From a virus (Duplodnaviria > Caudoviricetes): DNA of 47,882 bases. Positions 9,635-16,674 of this stretch are shown one piece after another. The notes beneath the pieces are model-generated. The model worked only from the letters and a program-made list of their open reading frames with translations. It was not told where the DNA came from and searched no databases. The stretch covers positions 1-47,882 of the IMG/VR virus record IMGVR_UViG_3300020458_000006. One strand, given 5' to 3'. The translations under genes and the position numbers were made by a program. How positions within the stretch are numbered: position 1 is the first letter of the stretch; each line of letters opens with the position of its first letter.

Positions 9635-9900
9635 GCCAACACCTCCCGGCGCTCACCCAGCGCCTCCTGTTCCAACTTCTCCAGCCGATGACGCAGAAAC
9701 CGCAGCTTCGGCAGGTAGGCGTCCTCAAACTGGTAAATGCTCTCGCAGCCCTCAATCCGGTTATCGCAATCGAACGTCATCAGGCGCAGGCCGCTCTGGT
9801 GAATGTCGATGGTCAGAATGTGGCCGGTGTTCAGTTCGTTGATGCGCAGTACCAGGCTGGCGATCAACAGGATTTCGCTGTGGGTTGCTTGCTGTTTCAT
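9631..9900 (-). CDS. Phage hypothetical protein
   Basis: Coupled ORF with SD. Confidence 0.6.
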   Translation of the reverse strand: MKQQATHSEILLIASLVLRINELNTGHILTIDIHQSGLRLMTFDCDNRIEGCESIYQFEDAYLPKLRFLRHRLEKLEQEALGERREVLA

Positions 9901-10013
9901 GGCTTCCGCGCCTCCAGTTTGTTGTAAGCCCAGTTCCAGACCAGGTAGGCACCAATGGCCAGTGTTGGTATGCCGAGGATCAGGATGTCGTAAAGTCTGT
10001 TGTAGCCTTCCAT
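9897..10013 (-). CDS. 38-aa single-TM protein (absent from ORF track)
   Basis: MEGYNRLYDILILGIPTLAIGAYLVWNWAYNKLEARKP; TAATG and ATGA overlaps fill the gap exactly. Confidence 0.7.
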   Translation of the reverse strand: MEGYNRLYDILILGIPTLAIGAYLVWNWAYNKLEARKP

Positions 10014-10207
10014 TACCTGACCTCCAGAGCTTTAACCGCCTCGCTGGCGGTCACTTCGTTGTCGTCAATGAAGTAGGTCGGCACTCCGTTGACTACTTCG
10101 ACAGTCACGACAACAGAGTTCGGAAAGGTGCGGCGCTCCGCGACAAGGTTTTCTGAGTCGCAGGCGGTCATCATCAAGTTGTGAAGCTTTTCGTAGGCGT
10201 CCATCAC
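10013..10207 (-). CDS. Small hypothetical protein
   Basis: Coupled ORF. Confidence 0.55.
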   Translation of the reverse strand: MMDAYEKLHNLMMTACDSENLVAERRTFPNSVVVTVEVVNGVPTYFIDDNEVTASEAVKALEVR

Positions 10208-10491
10208 GCAGCCTCCTCAATGTGAGCCCGAACGCGCTCGGCATAAGCTGCCAGCCGGGCCCGGTTGTCGTCGTCAAGCCGGAAAATGCGCTTGCGAATG
10301 TAAGCCGGGACCTCATAGAACCCGGATTCGCCCGCAGCGGCCTGCAAAAAAACCGGCTCGACTACTTGCTGAGCCGGGGAAGATCGCAGGGGATTGCGTT
10401 TGGTGATGCTGGCAATCAGGGAGAAAAGAGGGGCGACAGCGGTCTGCCCCTTAACGCCCTCCTGGCGCGCCACATGAAACTTGGAAGTCAT
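10204..10491 (-). CDS. Phage hypothetical protein
   Basis: TGATG-coupled ORF. Confidence 0.55.
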   Translation of the reverse strand: MTSKFHVARQEGVKGQTAVAPLFSLIASITKRNPLRSSPAQQVVEPVFLQAAAGESGFYEVPAYIRKRIFRLDDDNRARLAAYAERVRAHIEEAA

Positions 10492-10895
10492 CAGTGAAGC
10501 CCTCCGATAATCGCGGCCACTTCGTTCCGTCCAATCCGGACAACGCTCACCACCTGGCGGTTGTTCTGGTTAGGGCGGCTGGTTCTGGCCATGGGGAAGG
10601 TGGAAAGGATGCAAAGGAAGCAAACGAGCACGCAGCTCATGACCCGCGCCTGGAGAATCCCGTGCATCCACATCTGGCAAATCAGATCCACTTTGTTGAA
10701 TGCGTGGAATCGATCTTTAAGGCGGTCCATGTGGCAGGTGACTGTGTCGGAAGAAATGCCAAGTTCGGAGGCGATTTCCTGAGTTGTCATGCCCATGACC
10801 ATGAGTTCAGCGATTTCTGCCTGGCGCTTGGTCAGACCGCTGGTATCGGCAAGAGCCGGGTCTTTGTGTTCGTAGCGCTTAACTGTGCGTGGCAT
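10491..10895 (-). CDS. LuxR/GerE-type HTH protein with hydrophobic C-terminal segment; first PL gene
   Basis: LTKRQAEIAELMVMGMTTQEIASELGISSDTVTCHMDRLKDRF. Confidence 0.85.
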   Translation of the reverse strand: MPRTVKRYEHKDPALADTSGLTKRQAEIAELMVMGMTTQEIASELGISSDTVTCHMDRLKDRFHAFNKVDLICQMWMHGILQARVMSCVLVCFLCILSTFPMARTSRPNQNNRQVVSVVRIGRNEVAAIIGGLH

Positions 10896-10906
10896 TTTGC
10901 TTCACC

Positions 10907-10972
10907 TTTATCGTTTTGCTTGATTAAAAATTTAGCTCAACGATAAAGAAAGCGCAATAGCAAAATGCTAAA
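10907..10972 (-). promoter_or_regulatory. PL promoter with three OL operators
   Basis: 17-bp TTTAKC-N5-GMTAAA-like sites at 10907, 10931 and 10956; minus-strand TTGCGC-17-TAAATT. Confidence 0.75.
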
Positions 10973-10988
10973 AATTTTATGCAGGGCG

Positions 10989-11011
10989 AAAAAAAGCCCG
11001 CTTATGCGGGC
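10989..11011 (-). terminator. Terminator of the cI transcript
   Basis: GCCCGC-ATAA-GCGGGC then T7 on the minus strand. Confidence 0.8.
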
Positions 11012-11028
11012 CTGGCTCTAGCCGAAGG

Positions 11029-11517
11029 CTATCGTATCTCGGCGTTCTTTAGGTATACGTAGCCTGTAAGCATGCCGTCCTCTATGCGGAAAATGGTGCC
11101 TTCGAAGCGAATAGTTTGGCCAGGCGATAGAGACAAAGCTTCGGTTTCAGACAGGCCTTCGATGAACAGATCTGTCAGCGCTCTCTTCGTTCCATCGCTC
11201 AGCTCTACGGTGTAACCTCCGCCAGCTGGCGCAACATCAAGAACAGTGCCGGTCCATTCAATCCTCTTGCCGATCAGGCTATTCTTCTCGGCTTGTTTCT
11301 GGGCAGTCGTTTTGCCGGAAAGGTATACCTGCTTCATTAGGTCGTTATAGCTGGCGGATATTGGGGCAGGGTGGTCCAGCAATTTAATCGCCTGGGTTGC
11401 GATTCCTATGGGGGCTGCGACAAGGATGAGGGCCAGAAAGATCATTTTTGGCTTGCTGGCTTTAGCTTCCGCCCACATATCCGTGATTGAATCGTTCTCC
11501 ATTACAGGCTCCTTCAA
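11029..11517 (-). CDS. Membrane-anchored OB-fold-like protein co-transcribed with cI
   Basis: TM MIFLALILVAAPIGIA; GKRIEWTGTVLDV...GQTIRFEGTI. Confidence 0.7.
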   Translation of the reverse strand: MKEPVMENDSITDMWAEAKASKPKMIFLALILVAAPIGIATQAIKLLDHPAPISASYNDLMKQVYLSGKTTAQKQAEKNSLIGKRIEWTGTVLDVAPAGGGYTVELSDGTKRALTDLFIEGLSETEALSLSPGQTIRFEGTIFRIEDGMLTGYVYLKNAEIR

Positions 11518-11529
11518 GCGGCCTGTGAT

Positions 11530-12420
11530 CTACAGCAGGCCGGAGTACCAGAATACCCGGCCTTTAACTCGGATATTCTCTTTTACGTACTGAGCATCAT
11601 ATTCTTCTGGCGGGTGTTCTTCTGAGTTAAGGCTCACGATCTTGACGCCACCACCTGGCCGCCTGTGCAGGATCTTGACCCGGAGCATGCCGCCATGGTC
11701 GATCGCGTAGATCTTGCCGTCTCGAACTTCTGTGTCTGCCGTGTTTACGCCGATACAGGCGCCGTCCGGCATCATCGGCTCCATTGAGTTGCCGCGCACG
11801 AATGCGCATGCTGCGTGCTCTGGCAGTACGCCGGCCCGTTGGAGAGTGGACCTTGCGAACCGCAGTTTCGCTCCATGGTTTTCTATCACTTGTGTAGCTC
11901 CAGAACCAGCCGCCAGCTCCACCTCGCGGAATAGCGGCAATTCGACTTCATCTGGACTTAACGGTGTAGTGCTGTCCCAAGCATCGAGCGGGCCGGCCAT
12001 CTCGGCTTCTGGCCTTATCGATACTACTTTCTGTTTGGTTGCGCGGTGTTCGGGCTCAATCGGATAGTCGTCGGGATTGAAAGGGGGCTCATACTTCTCT
12101 CGCTCCTGTTCGTCAGCGATCTCCAGGGCCTCTTCATCTGACAGGTCGTAGTTGCCGGTCTGTTCTCGAACGTCGGAAGCGCGCTTATGCAAAACGAAAG
12201 TGAGCGGGTGGAAGGTGTCCATCCACCCCTTCTCTTTGCCCATCAGCTCTTCGAACTCCCGGGCCAGGCGATTGCCTACGTTCCTGGAGTTTTTCCCATC
12301 CGAAAGCAGCTGGCTTATTTGGGCGTCTGACTTTCCTGTTTTCTCGATAAATAGCTGCCGTGACCCGGCTTCGCGAATCAATGAATTCAGGTTGGCTCGT
12401 CTGATCTCTGAAATATCCAT
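11530..12420 (-). CDS. cI: CI-like repressor (HTH plus S24 autopeptidase)
   Basis: MDISEIRRANL HTH; AAGSG cleavage site, GNSMEP Ser, RVK Lys; start moved to 12420 because upstream codons overlap the operators. Confidence 0.92.
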   Translation of the reverse strand: MDISEIRRANLNSLIREAGSRQLFIEKTGKSDAQISQLLSDGKNSRNVGNRLAREFEELMGKEKGWMDTFHPLTFVLHKRASDVREQTGNYDLSDEEALEIADEQEREKYEPPFNPDDYPIEPEHRATKQKVVSIRPEAEMAGPLDAWDSTTPLSPDEVELPLFREVELAAGSGATQVIENHGAKLRFARSTLQRAGVLPEHAACAFVRGNSMEPMMPDGACIGVNTADTEVRDGKIYAIDHGGMLRVKILHRRPGGGVKIVSLNSEEHPPEEYDAQYVKENIRVKGRVFWYSGLL

Positions 12421-12438
12421 GCTCCGATTGTCATTCTG

Positions 12439-12504
12439 TTTAGCACAAAGATAAATGTGCTTGACGCTAAAATTTTCTCGGGCTACTTTTATCAAAACGC
12501 TAAA
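12439..12504 (+). promoter_or_regulatory. PR promoter with OR operators
   Basis: TTTAGCACAAAGATAAA (12439) and TTTATCAAAACGCTAAA (12488); TTGACG(12461)-17-TACTTT(12484). Confidence 0.8.
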
Positions 12505-12521
12505 AGTCCGAGGGCTAGTTA

Positions 12522-12746
12522 ATGAATGTTAAGCAGTGGTTGGCGACCGCCAGCGACCAGGAAAGGGAGCAGGTAGCGAAAAAGGCCGGAACTACTGTGG
12601 GCTATCTGTGGCAGCTATCTGGCAACCACCGAACCCCGTCTTCTTCCCTGGCTGATCGTCTCGAGCGGGCGTCCCGAGAAGTTACTCCTGATCGTGTCAT
12701 GTCTCGTTTTGTCCTCGTTTTTGGCGATGGTGAGGCCGCTGCATGA
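12522..12746 (+). CDS. cro: Cro-like HTH protein
   Basis: Divergent from cI; REQVAKKAGTTVGYLWQLSGNHRTPS. Confidence 0.85.
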   Translation: MNVKQWLATASDQEREQVAKKAGTTVGYLWQLSGNHRTPSSSLADRLERASREVTPDRVMSRFVLVFGDGEAAA

Positions 12747-12808
12747 TTTCAGTTTCTCAGCTGGCGGTTAACAGAGAAACGGGATTTCTGGGGGTGGATA
12801 AATAAACA

Positions 12809-13070
12809 GTGGTTTGGCTCCAGGTGGAGCCGGTATCTGGAAGGGCTCCCATGCACACCGGGAGCATGTGACGGGTTCGCCCGCGTGAGTCCTTCGCAGA
12901 TGCCTTCCGGGCTGGCGGACTGCCGGCCGTAGTAAGGGCTTGGAGTTCCAGGCCGAGGCATCACCAGCGATGACAAGCTGCATGTTGAACGCCGGGAGGC
13001 GTCCAAGACAGCCGTGCGACGGCTGGCCCCGCGAAATACTCGCGTCATTCAAAGGCGGGGCGCCAATCTA
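12809..13070 (+). ncRNA. Candidate structured non-coding RNA
   Basis: No credible sense ORF; many nested helices, with UUCG- and GNRA-type loops. Confidence 0.55.
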
Positions 13071-13133
13071 GAAAACCGATGAGGCGAATCCGGGCCCGCC
13101 ATAACGCCTGGCAACTGACGACGAGGAACCCCG

Positions 13134-13460
13134 ATGGCACTGACCTGGAAAAACATTCAGGCGATTGTGTTTGCTGTGGTCGCGTTGTTCCTGCTGGCCG
13201 CTGTGCCAGCCGTGCAAGCCGATGAAGTTCCCGGCTTCACCACTGTGGATGATTCCACCGAGCTGATTGCGGATACCGCAGTCGATACCGGCGCCGTTCA
13301 TTCCGAGATCGAAGGGTTTGAACGATTGCCAGGGTCACCCGGCGGGGTGATCGCGAAGGTAACCAGCGAAACCAAGGTCACCGACAACGCGAAGGACTTG
13401 CTGCCCGGGGGTGCAGCTGGCGTTGCCGCCACCGGCATACGTGGCCCTAACACCGCCTAA
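13134..13460 (+). CDS. Exported protein with Sec signal peptide
   Basis: MALTWKNIQAIVFAVVALFLLAAVPAVQA|DE; SD GAGGA. Confidence 0.7.
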   Translation: MALTWKNIQAIVFAVVALFLLAAVPAVQADEVPGFTTVDDSTELIADTAVDTGAVHSEIEGFERLPGSPGGVIAKVTSETKVTDNAKDLLPGGAAGVAATGIRGPNTA

Positions 13461-13466
13461 ATGAAT

Positions 13467-13526
13467 CGCTCGATAGAGCGCGAAGCCGGAAAGGGCTTCT
13501 GACTGAGGCCCTTTCTACGGATTCGA
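13467..13526 (+). terminator. Intergenic hairpins / possible attenuator
   Basis: CGCTC-GATA-GAGCG and GAAAGGGCTTC-TGACT-GAGGCCCTTTC. Confidence 0.45.
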
Positions 13527-13550
13527 AGCAGAACAACCGGAGAGATTTGT

Positions 13551-13775
13551 ATGGATAACCAGCACCGAAAAATCAAAGGCTACCGAGAGCTTTCTCAAGC
13601 AGAGATCGATGCAATGAACGCCGTGAAAGAGAAGGCCGCCGAGGTGGGTGAGCTTGTTCACGAGCTTGAGCAGAACAAAGAGTTAGACCAGCGCTGGGTG
13701 TCGATCGCCAAGACCGACCTGCAGAAGGGTTTCATGGCTGCAACCCGAGCTATCGCCAAGCCCGGATTCTTTTAG
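13551..13775 (+). CDS. acb2: Acb2 (T4 Vs.4-like) anti-CBASS cyclic-nucleotide sponge
   Basis: MDNQHRKIKGYRELSQAEIDAMNAVKE...RWVSIAKTDLQKGFMAATRAIAKP closely follows Pseudomonas phage Acb2 as recalled; Y11 and K26 present. Confidence 0.85.
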   Translation: MDNQHRKIKGYRELSQAEIDAMNAVKEKAAEVGELVHELEQNKELDQRWVSIAKTDLQKGFMAATRAIAKPGFF

Positions 13776-13784
13776 GAGCCCGCC

Positions 13785-14990
13785 ATGTTTTTCCGAAATG
13801 TCCGAATTTTCCGCTTCACCAGACCCATCGAGATCACCGCCGAGCAGCTGGAAGAAAAACTGCAGGCGGATGCCTTCAAGCCGTGTGGTCCGCAAGAGCA
13901 GAACCGTCGCGGCTGGTGTACGCCGCTTGGCAAGCACAGTGAACAGCTGGTGCACGCTGCTAATGGTGACCTGCTGATCTGCCTGCAGCACCAGGAGAAG
14001 CTGTTGCCGGGGCCGGTAGTGACCGAGTTTGTTGAAGAACGCGTTGAGCAGATAGAAACCGAGCAAGGACGCAAGGTTCGCCGCAAAGAGCGTGATGAAC
14101 TCAAAGAGCAGGTATTGCTGGAAATGCTGCCCCAGGCATTCCCCCGTAACCGCAAGACCTACGGCTACCTGTCCGCGAAGAACGGCTACCTGATCGTGGA
14201 CGCCAGCAGCGCTAAAGCGGCGGAAGATTTCGCCAGCACGCTGCGCAAGTCGCTCGGCTCCCTACCTGTGCGCCCGCCTGCTGTTGAGCAAAACCCCGCG
14301 TTCACGTTCACCGGCTGGATCAACGAAACCATTGATCTGCCCGATGTGGCGGTGCTTGGCGCTGACTGCTGGATGGCTGACCCCTCAGAAGATGGCGGCA
14401 AGGTCATTGCCCGCGGACTGGACCTGAAGGCAGACGAAGTACGCAATCACCTGGATGCCGGGATGCAGGTCACCAAGGTGGCTCTGACCTGGGATGACAA
14501 CGTGTCCTTCTGCCTGGATGACACCCTGGCAATCACCCGCGTGAAGTTCGGCGACACCCTGAAAGACCAGCTGGATGACGTTGATGCCGACGACGCTTTG
14601 GCGAAGTTCGACGCCGGGTTCTGCCTGATGACTCTGGAGCTGGAGCGAATGATTCCGGCGTTGTTGGAAGCGCTGGGCGGCAAGGATCGGTCTGCGATTG
14701 TTGAGGATGACCCCTTGGTGATCGGAGTGGATATGGCATCCGGGCCGGACACATCGGCCGTCATGCCTGTGCATGGGGAGGGCGCTGACCCTCTGTATCT
14801 CGAAGCAGTGCAACTGGTTACCGAAACCCGGCGAGCTTCAGTCTCATCCATCCAGCGCGCTTTCAAGATCGGATTCAACCGAGCGGGCAACCTGATGGAT
14901 GCGCTGGAAGCGAACGGAATAGTGAGCCCTTGTGCCCACAACGGAGCCAGGGAAGTGCTGACACCGAAACCGGCGGCAGCGACCGCCTAA
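13785..14990 (+). CDS. rdgC: RdgC with C-terminal FtsK gamma domain
   Basis: MFFRNVRIFRF...EKLLPGPVV RdgC body; DPLYLEAVQLV...ASVSSIQRAFKIGFNRAGNLMDALEANGIVS...REVL. Confidence 0.88.
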   Translation: MFFRNVRIFRFTRPIEITAEQLEEKLQADAFKPCGPQEQNRRGWCTPLGKHSEQLVHAANGDLLICLQHQEKLLPGPVVTEFVEERVEQIETEQGRKVRRKERDELKEQVLLEMLPQAFPRNRKTYGYLSAKNGYLIVDASSAKAAEDFASTLRKSLGSLPVRPPAVEQNPAFTFTGWINETIDLPDVAVLGADCWMADPSEDGGKVIARGLDLKADEVRNHLDAGMQVTKVALTWDDNVSFCLDDTLAITRVKFGDTLKDQLDDVDADDALAKFDAGFCLMTLELERMIPALLEALGGKDRSAIVEDDPLVIGVDMASGPDTSAVMPVHGEGADPLYLEAVQLVTETRRASVSSIQRAFKIGFNRAGNLMDALEANGIVSPCAHNGAREVLTPKPAAATA

Positions 14991-15055
14991 AACGAGAAAA
15001 CCCGCCTCAAGCGGTGCGCTAACACCTCGGCGGGTTCCAAGTAGATGAGGCAAGT

Positions 15056-15760
15056 ATGAACCAAGTTATCCACAGTTTCAATTCCGAATCCTTGACCATG
15101 AGCAGCCGCGAGATTGCTGGTCTTGTTGAGTCACGGCACGCCGACGTTTGCCGAGCTGTTGAAAGGCTTATGGCGAAAAGCGTCATTCAGGGGTCTGCGC
15201 CAACGGCGTACACCCACGAACAGAATGGCCAGCAATATCACGAATACCATTTGTGCAAACGAGACAGCTATGTGGTCGTCGCCCAGCTTTCCCCCGAATT
15301 TACAGCACGACTGGTTGACCGTTGGCAGGAGCTGGAGCAACAGCAGGCTACCGCATCACTTCCGGATTTCTCCGATCCAGTAGCAGCTGCCCGAGCTTGG
15401 GCCGATGAGTTGGAGCAGAAACGAGCTGCCATGAAGCAACTGGAAGCCGCCAAGCCAGCCGTTGAGTTCGTTGACCGCTATGTATCCGCCGATTCCGGCA
15501 ACAAGGGCTTCCGACAGGTCTGCAAGCTGCTAAACGCCAACGAGCGCGAATTCCGGCAGTTCCTATCCGATGAAAAGATCATGTACCGCCTGGGCGGTGA
15601 GTGGATGCCGTACCAGTCGCACGTAGAGGCTGGACGCTTCGTGGTCAAAACCGGCGTAGCCGAGAACGAGCACGCCTACAACAGCGCCAAGTTCACCCCA
15701 AAGGGCGTCAACTGGGTTGCTGGCAAATGGGCCATTCACAACATTCGGGAGGCCGCGTAA
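15056..15760 (+). CDS. Rha-N / KilAC (Roi-like) antirepressor-family protein
   Basis: TMSSREIA...HADV...LSPEFTARLVDRWQELE; AKPAVEFVDRYV...FTPKGVNW. Confidence 0.85.
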   Translation: MNQVIHSFNSESLTMSSREIAGLVESRHADVCRAVERLMAKSVIQGSAPTAYTHEQNGQQYHEYHLCKRDSYVVVAQLSPEFTARLVDRWQELEQQQATASLPDFSDPVAAARAWADELEQKRAAMKQLEAAKPAVEFVDRYVSADSGNKGFRQVCKLLNANEREFRQFLSDEKIMYRLGGEWMPYQSHVEAGRFVVKTGVAENEHAYNSAKFTPKGVNWVAGKWAIHNIREAA

Positions 15761-16674
15761 TGGCGCGCGCAAGAAATATCAAGCCAGGTTTCTTCACGAA
15801 TGACGAGTTGGGCGAACTCTCCCCTCTGGCTCGCCTTGCCTTCATCGGCCTATGGGGCCAGGCAGACTTCAACGGGAACATGAAGTGCAAACCCAAACGC
15901 CTGAAGGTTGAGATCCTGCCTTATGACAATGTGGATTTTGCAGAGCTGATTTCTGAGCTTGAAGGCTGCGGATTCGTTCAACGGTATCAGGTGGGCAACG
16001 AAAACTTCCTACACGTTGTGAACTTCCAGAAGCACCAAAGACCCCATAAAAACGAGGTGTTACGTGGCACCGATATACCAAAGCCGGTAACGCAGCAAGG
16101 TCCAAACGGCACTGATCCAGAACAGAACCGTTCCGAAACGGAACAAGAACGTGATGAGAACCGTTCTAATCCGCCGGATACCGGATACCGGATACCTGAT
16201 TCCGGATACCCTCAACCGGATGCCGATAAAAATACTGGTCCGGCTAACGCCGAACCGGCGAGTGATCCAGGAAAGGCCAAGAAATTCACCGACGACGACT
16301 TTGAGAAGTTCTGGAAGTTCTGCCGGGAACACTGGTTTGGCCGGGTAGGCACTAAGGCTGACGCCAAGGATGCGTTCAAAAAGCTCAAGCCGGAGACCGA
16401 CGACCTCAGAGAAATCCTCAAGCTCACCCGACAGGAATGCGAGTATCGCCGCCGCGTAGAGGCAACCGAAGGCTTCTGCGAAAACATGAAGCACGTCTGC
16501 CGGTGGATCAAGGTTCGCGGCTGGGAGGACGTGAAGGAGCGCATTGAGGCAGGCCCCGCGCTGTCGCTCGTCGCAAGCCAGGATTCTACCCAGGTTAACA
16601 AGCCACACCGCCCTCCAATGCCGAGGCCAGACCGCGCACCTCAGAAGCCCACTGGCACCGGAGGTGATGCATGA
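15760..16674 (+). CDS. Replication initiator protein
   Basis: MARARNIKPGFFTNDEL N-terminus; upstream of DnaB; internal repeats. Confidence 0.8.
   Translation: MARARNIKPGFFTNDELGELSPLARLAFIGLWGQADFNGNMKCKPKRLKVEILPYDNVDFAELISELEGCGFVQRYQVGNENFLHVVNFQKHQRPHKNEVLRGTDIPKPVTQQGPNGTDPEQNRSETEQERDENRSNPPDTGYRIPDSGYPQPDADKNTGPANAEPASDPGKAKKFTDDDFEKFWKFCREHWFGRVGTKADAKDAFKKLKPETDDLREILKLTRQECEYRRRVEATEGFCENMKHVCRWIKVRGWEDVKERIEAGPALSLVASQDSTQVNKPHRPPMPRPDRAPQKPTGTGGDA
16124..16222 (+). repeat. Probable replication origin repeats inside the initiator gene
   Basis: AGAACCGTTC at 16124 and 16157; heptamer CCGGATA array 16174..16222 (4 exact, 3 degenerate). Confidence 0.6.

Noticed and set aside
12752-12780. 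Resemblance to a solitary type I-F CRISPR repeat (Racr)
   Set aside because: The ends resemble the repeat (minus strand ...CAGCTGAGAAA) but the CTGCC/GGCAG Cas6f stem is missing; a simple hairpin explains it
12749-13052. Minus-strand 94-99 aa ORFs
   Set aside because: Antisense to PR, no recognisable motif or phage-like coupling; not fully excluded
13071-13125. Hammerhead ribozyme (GAAA and CTGACGA)
   Set aside because: Required stems around the core cannot be formed
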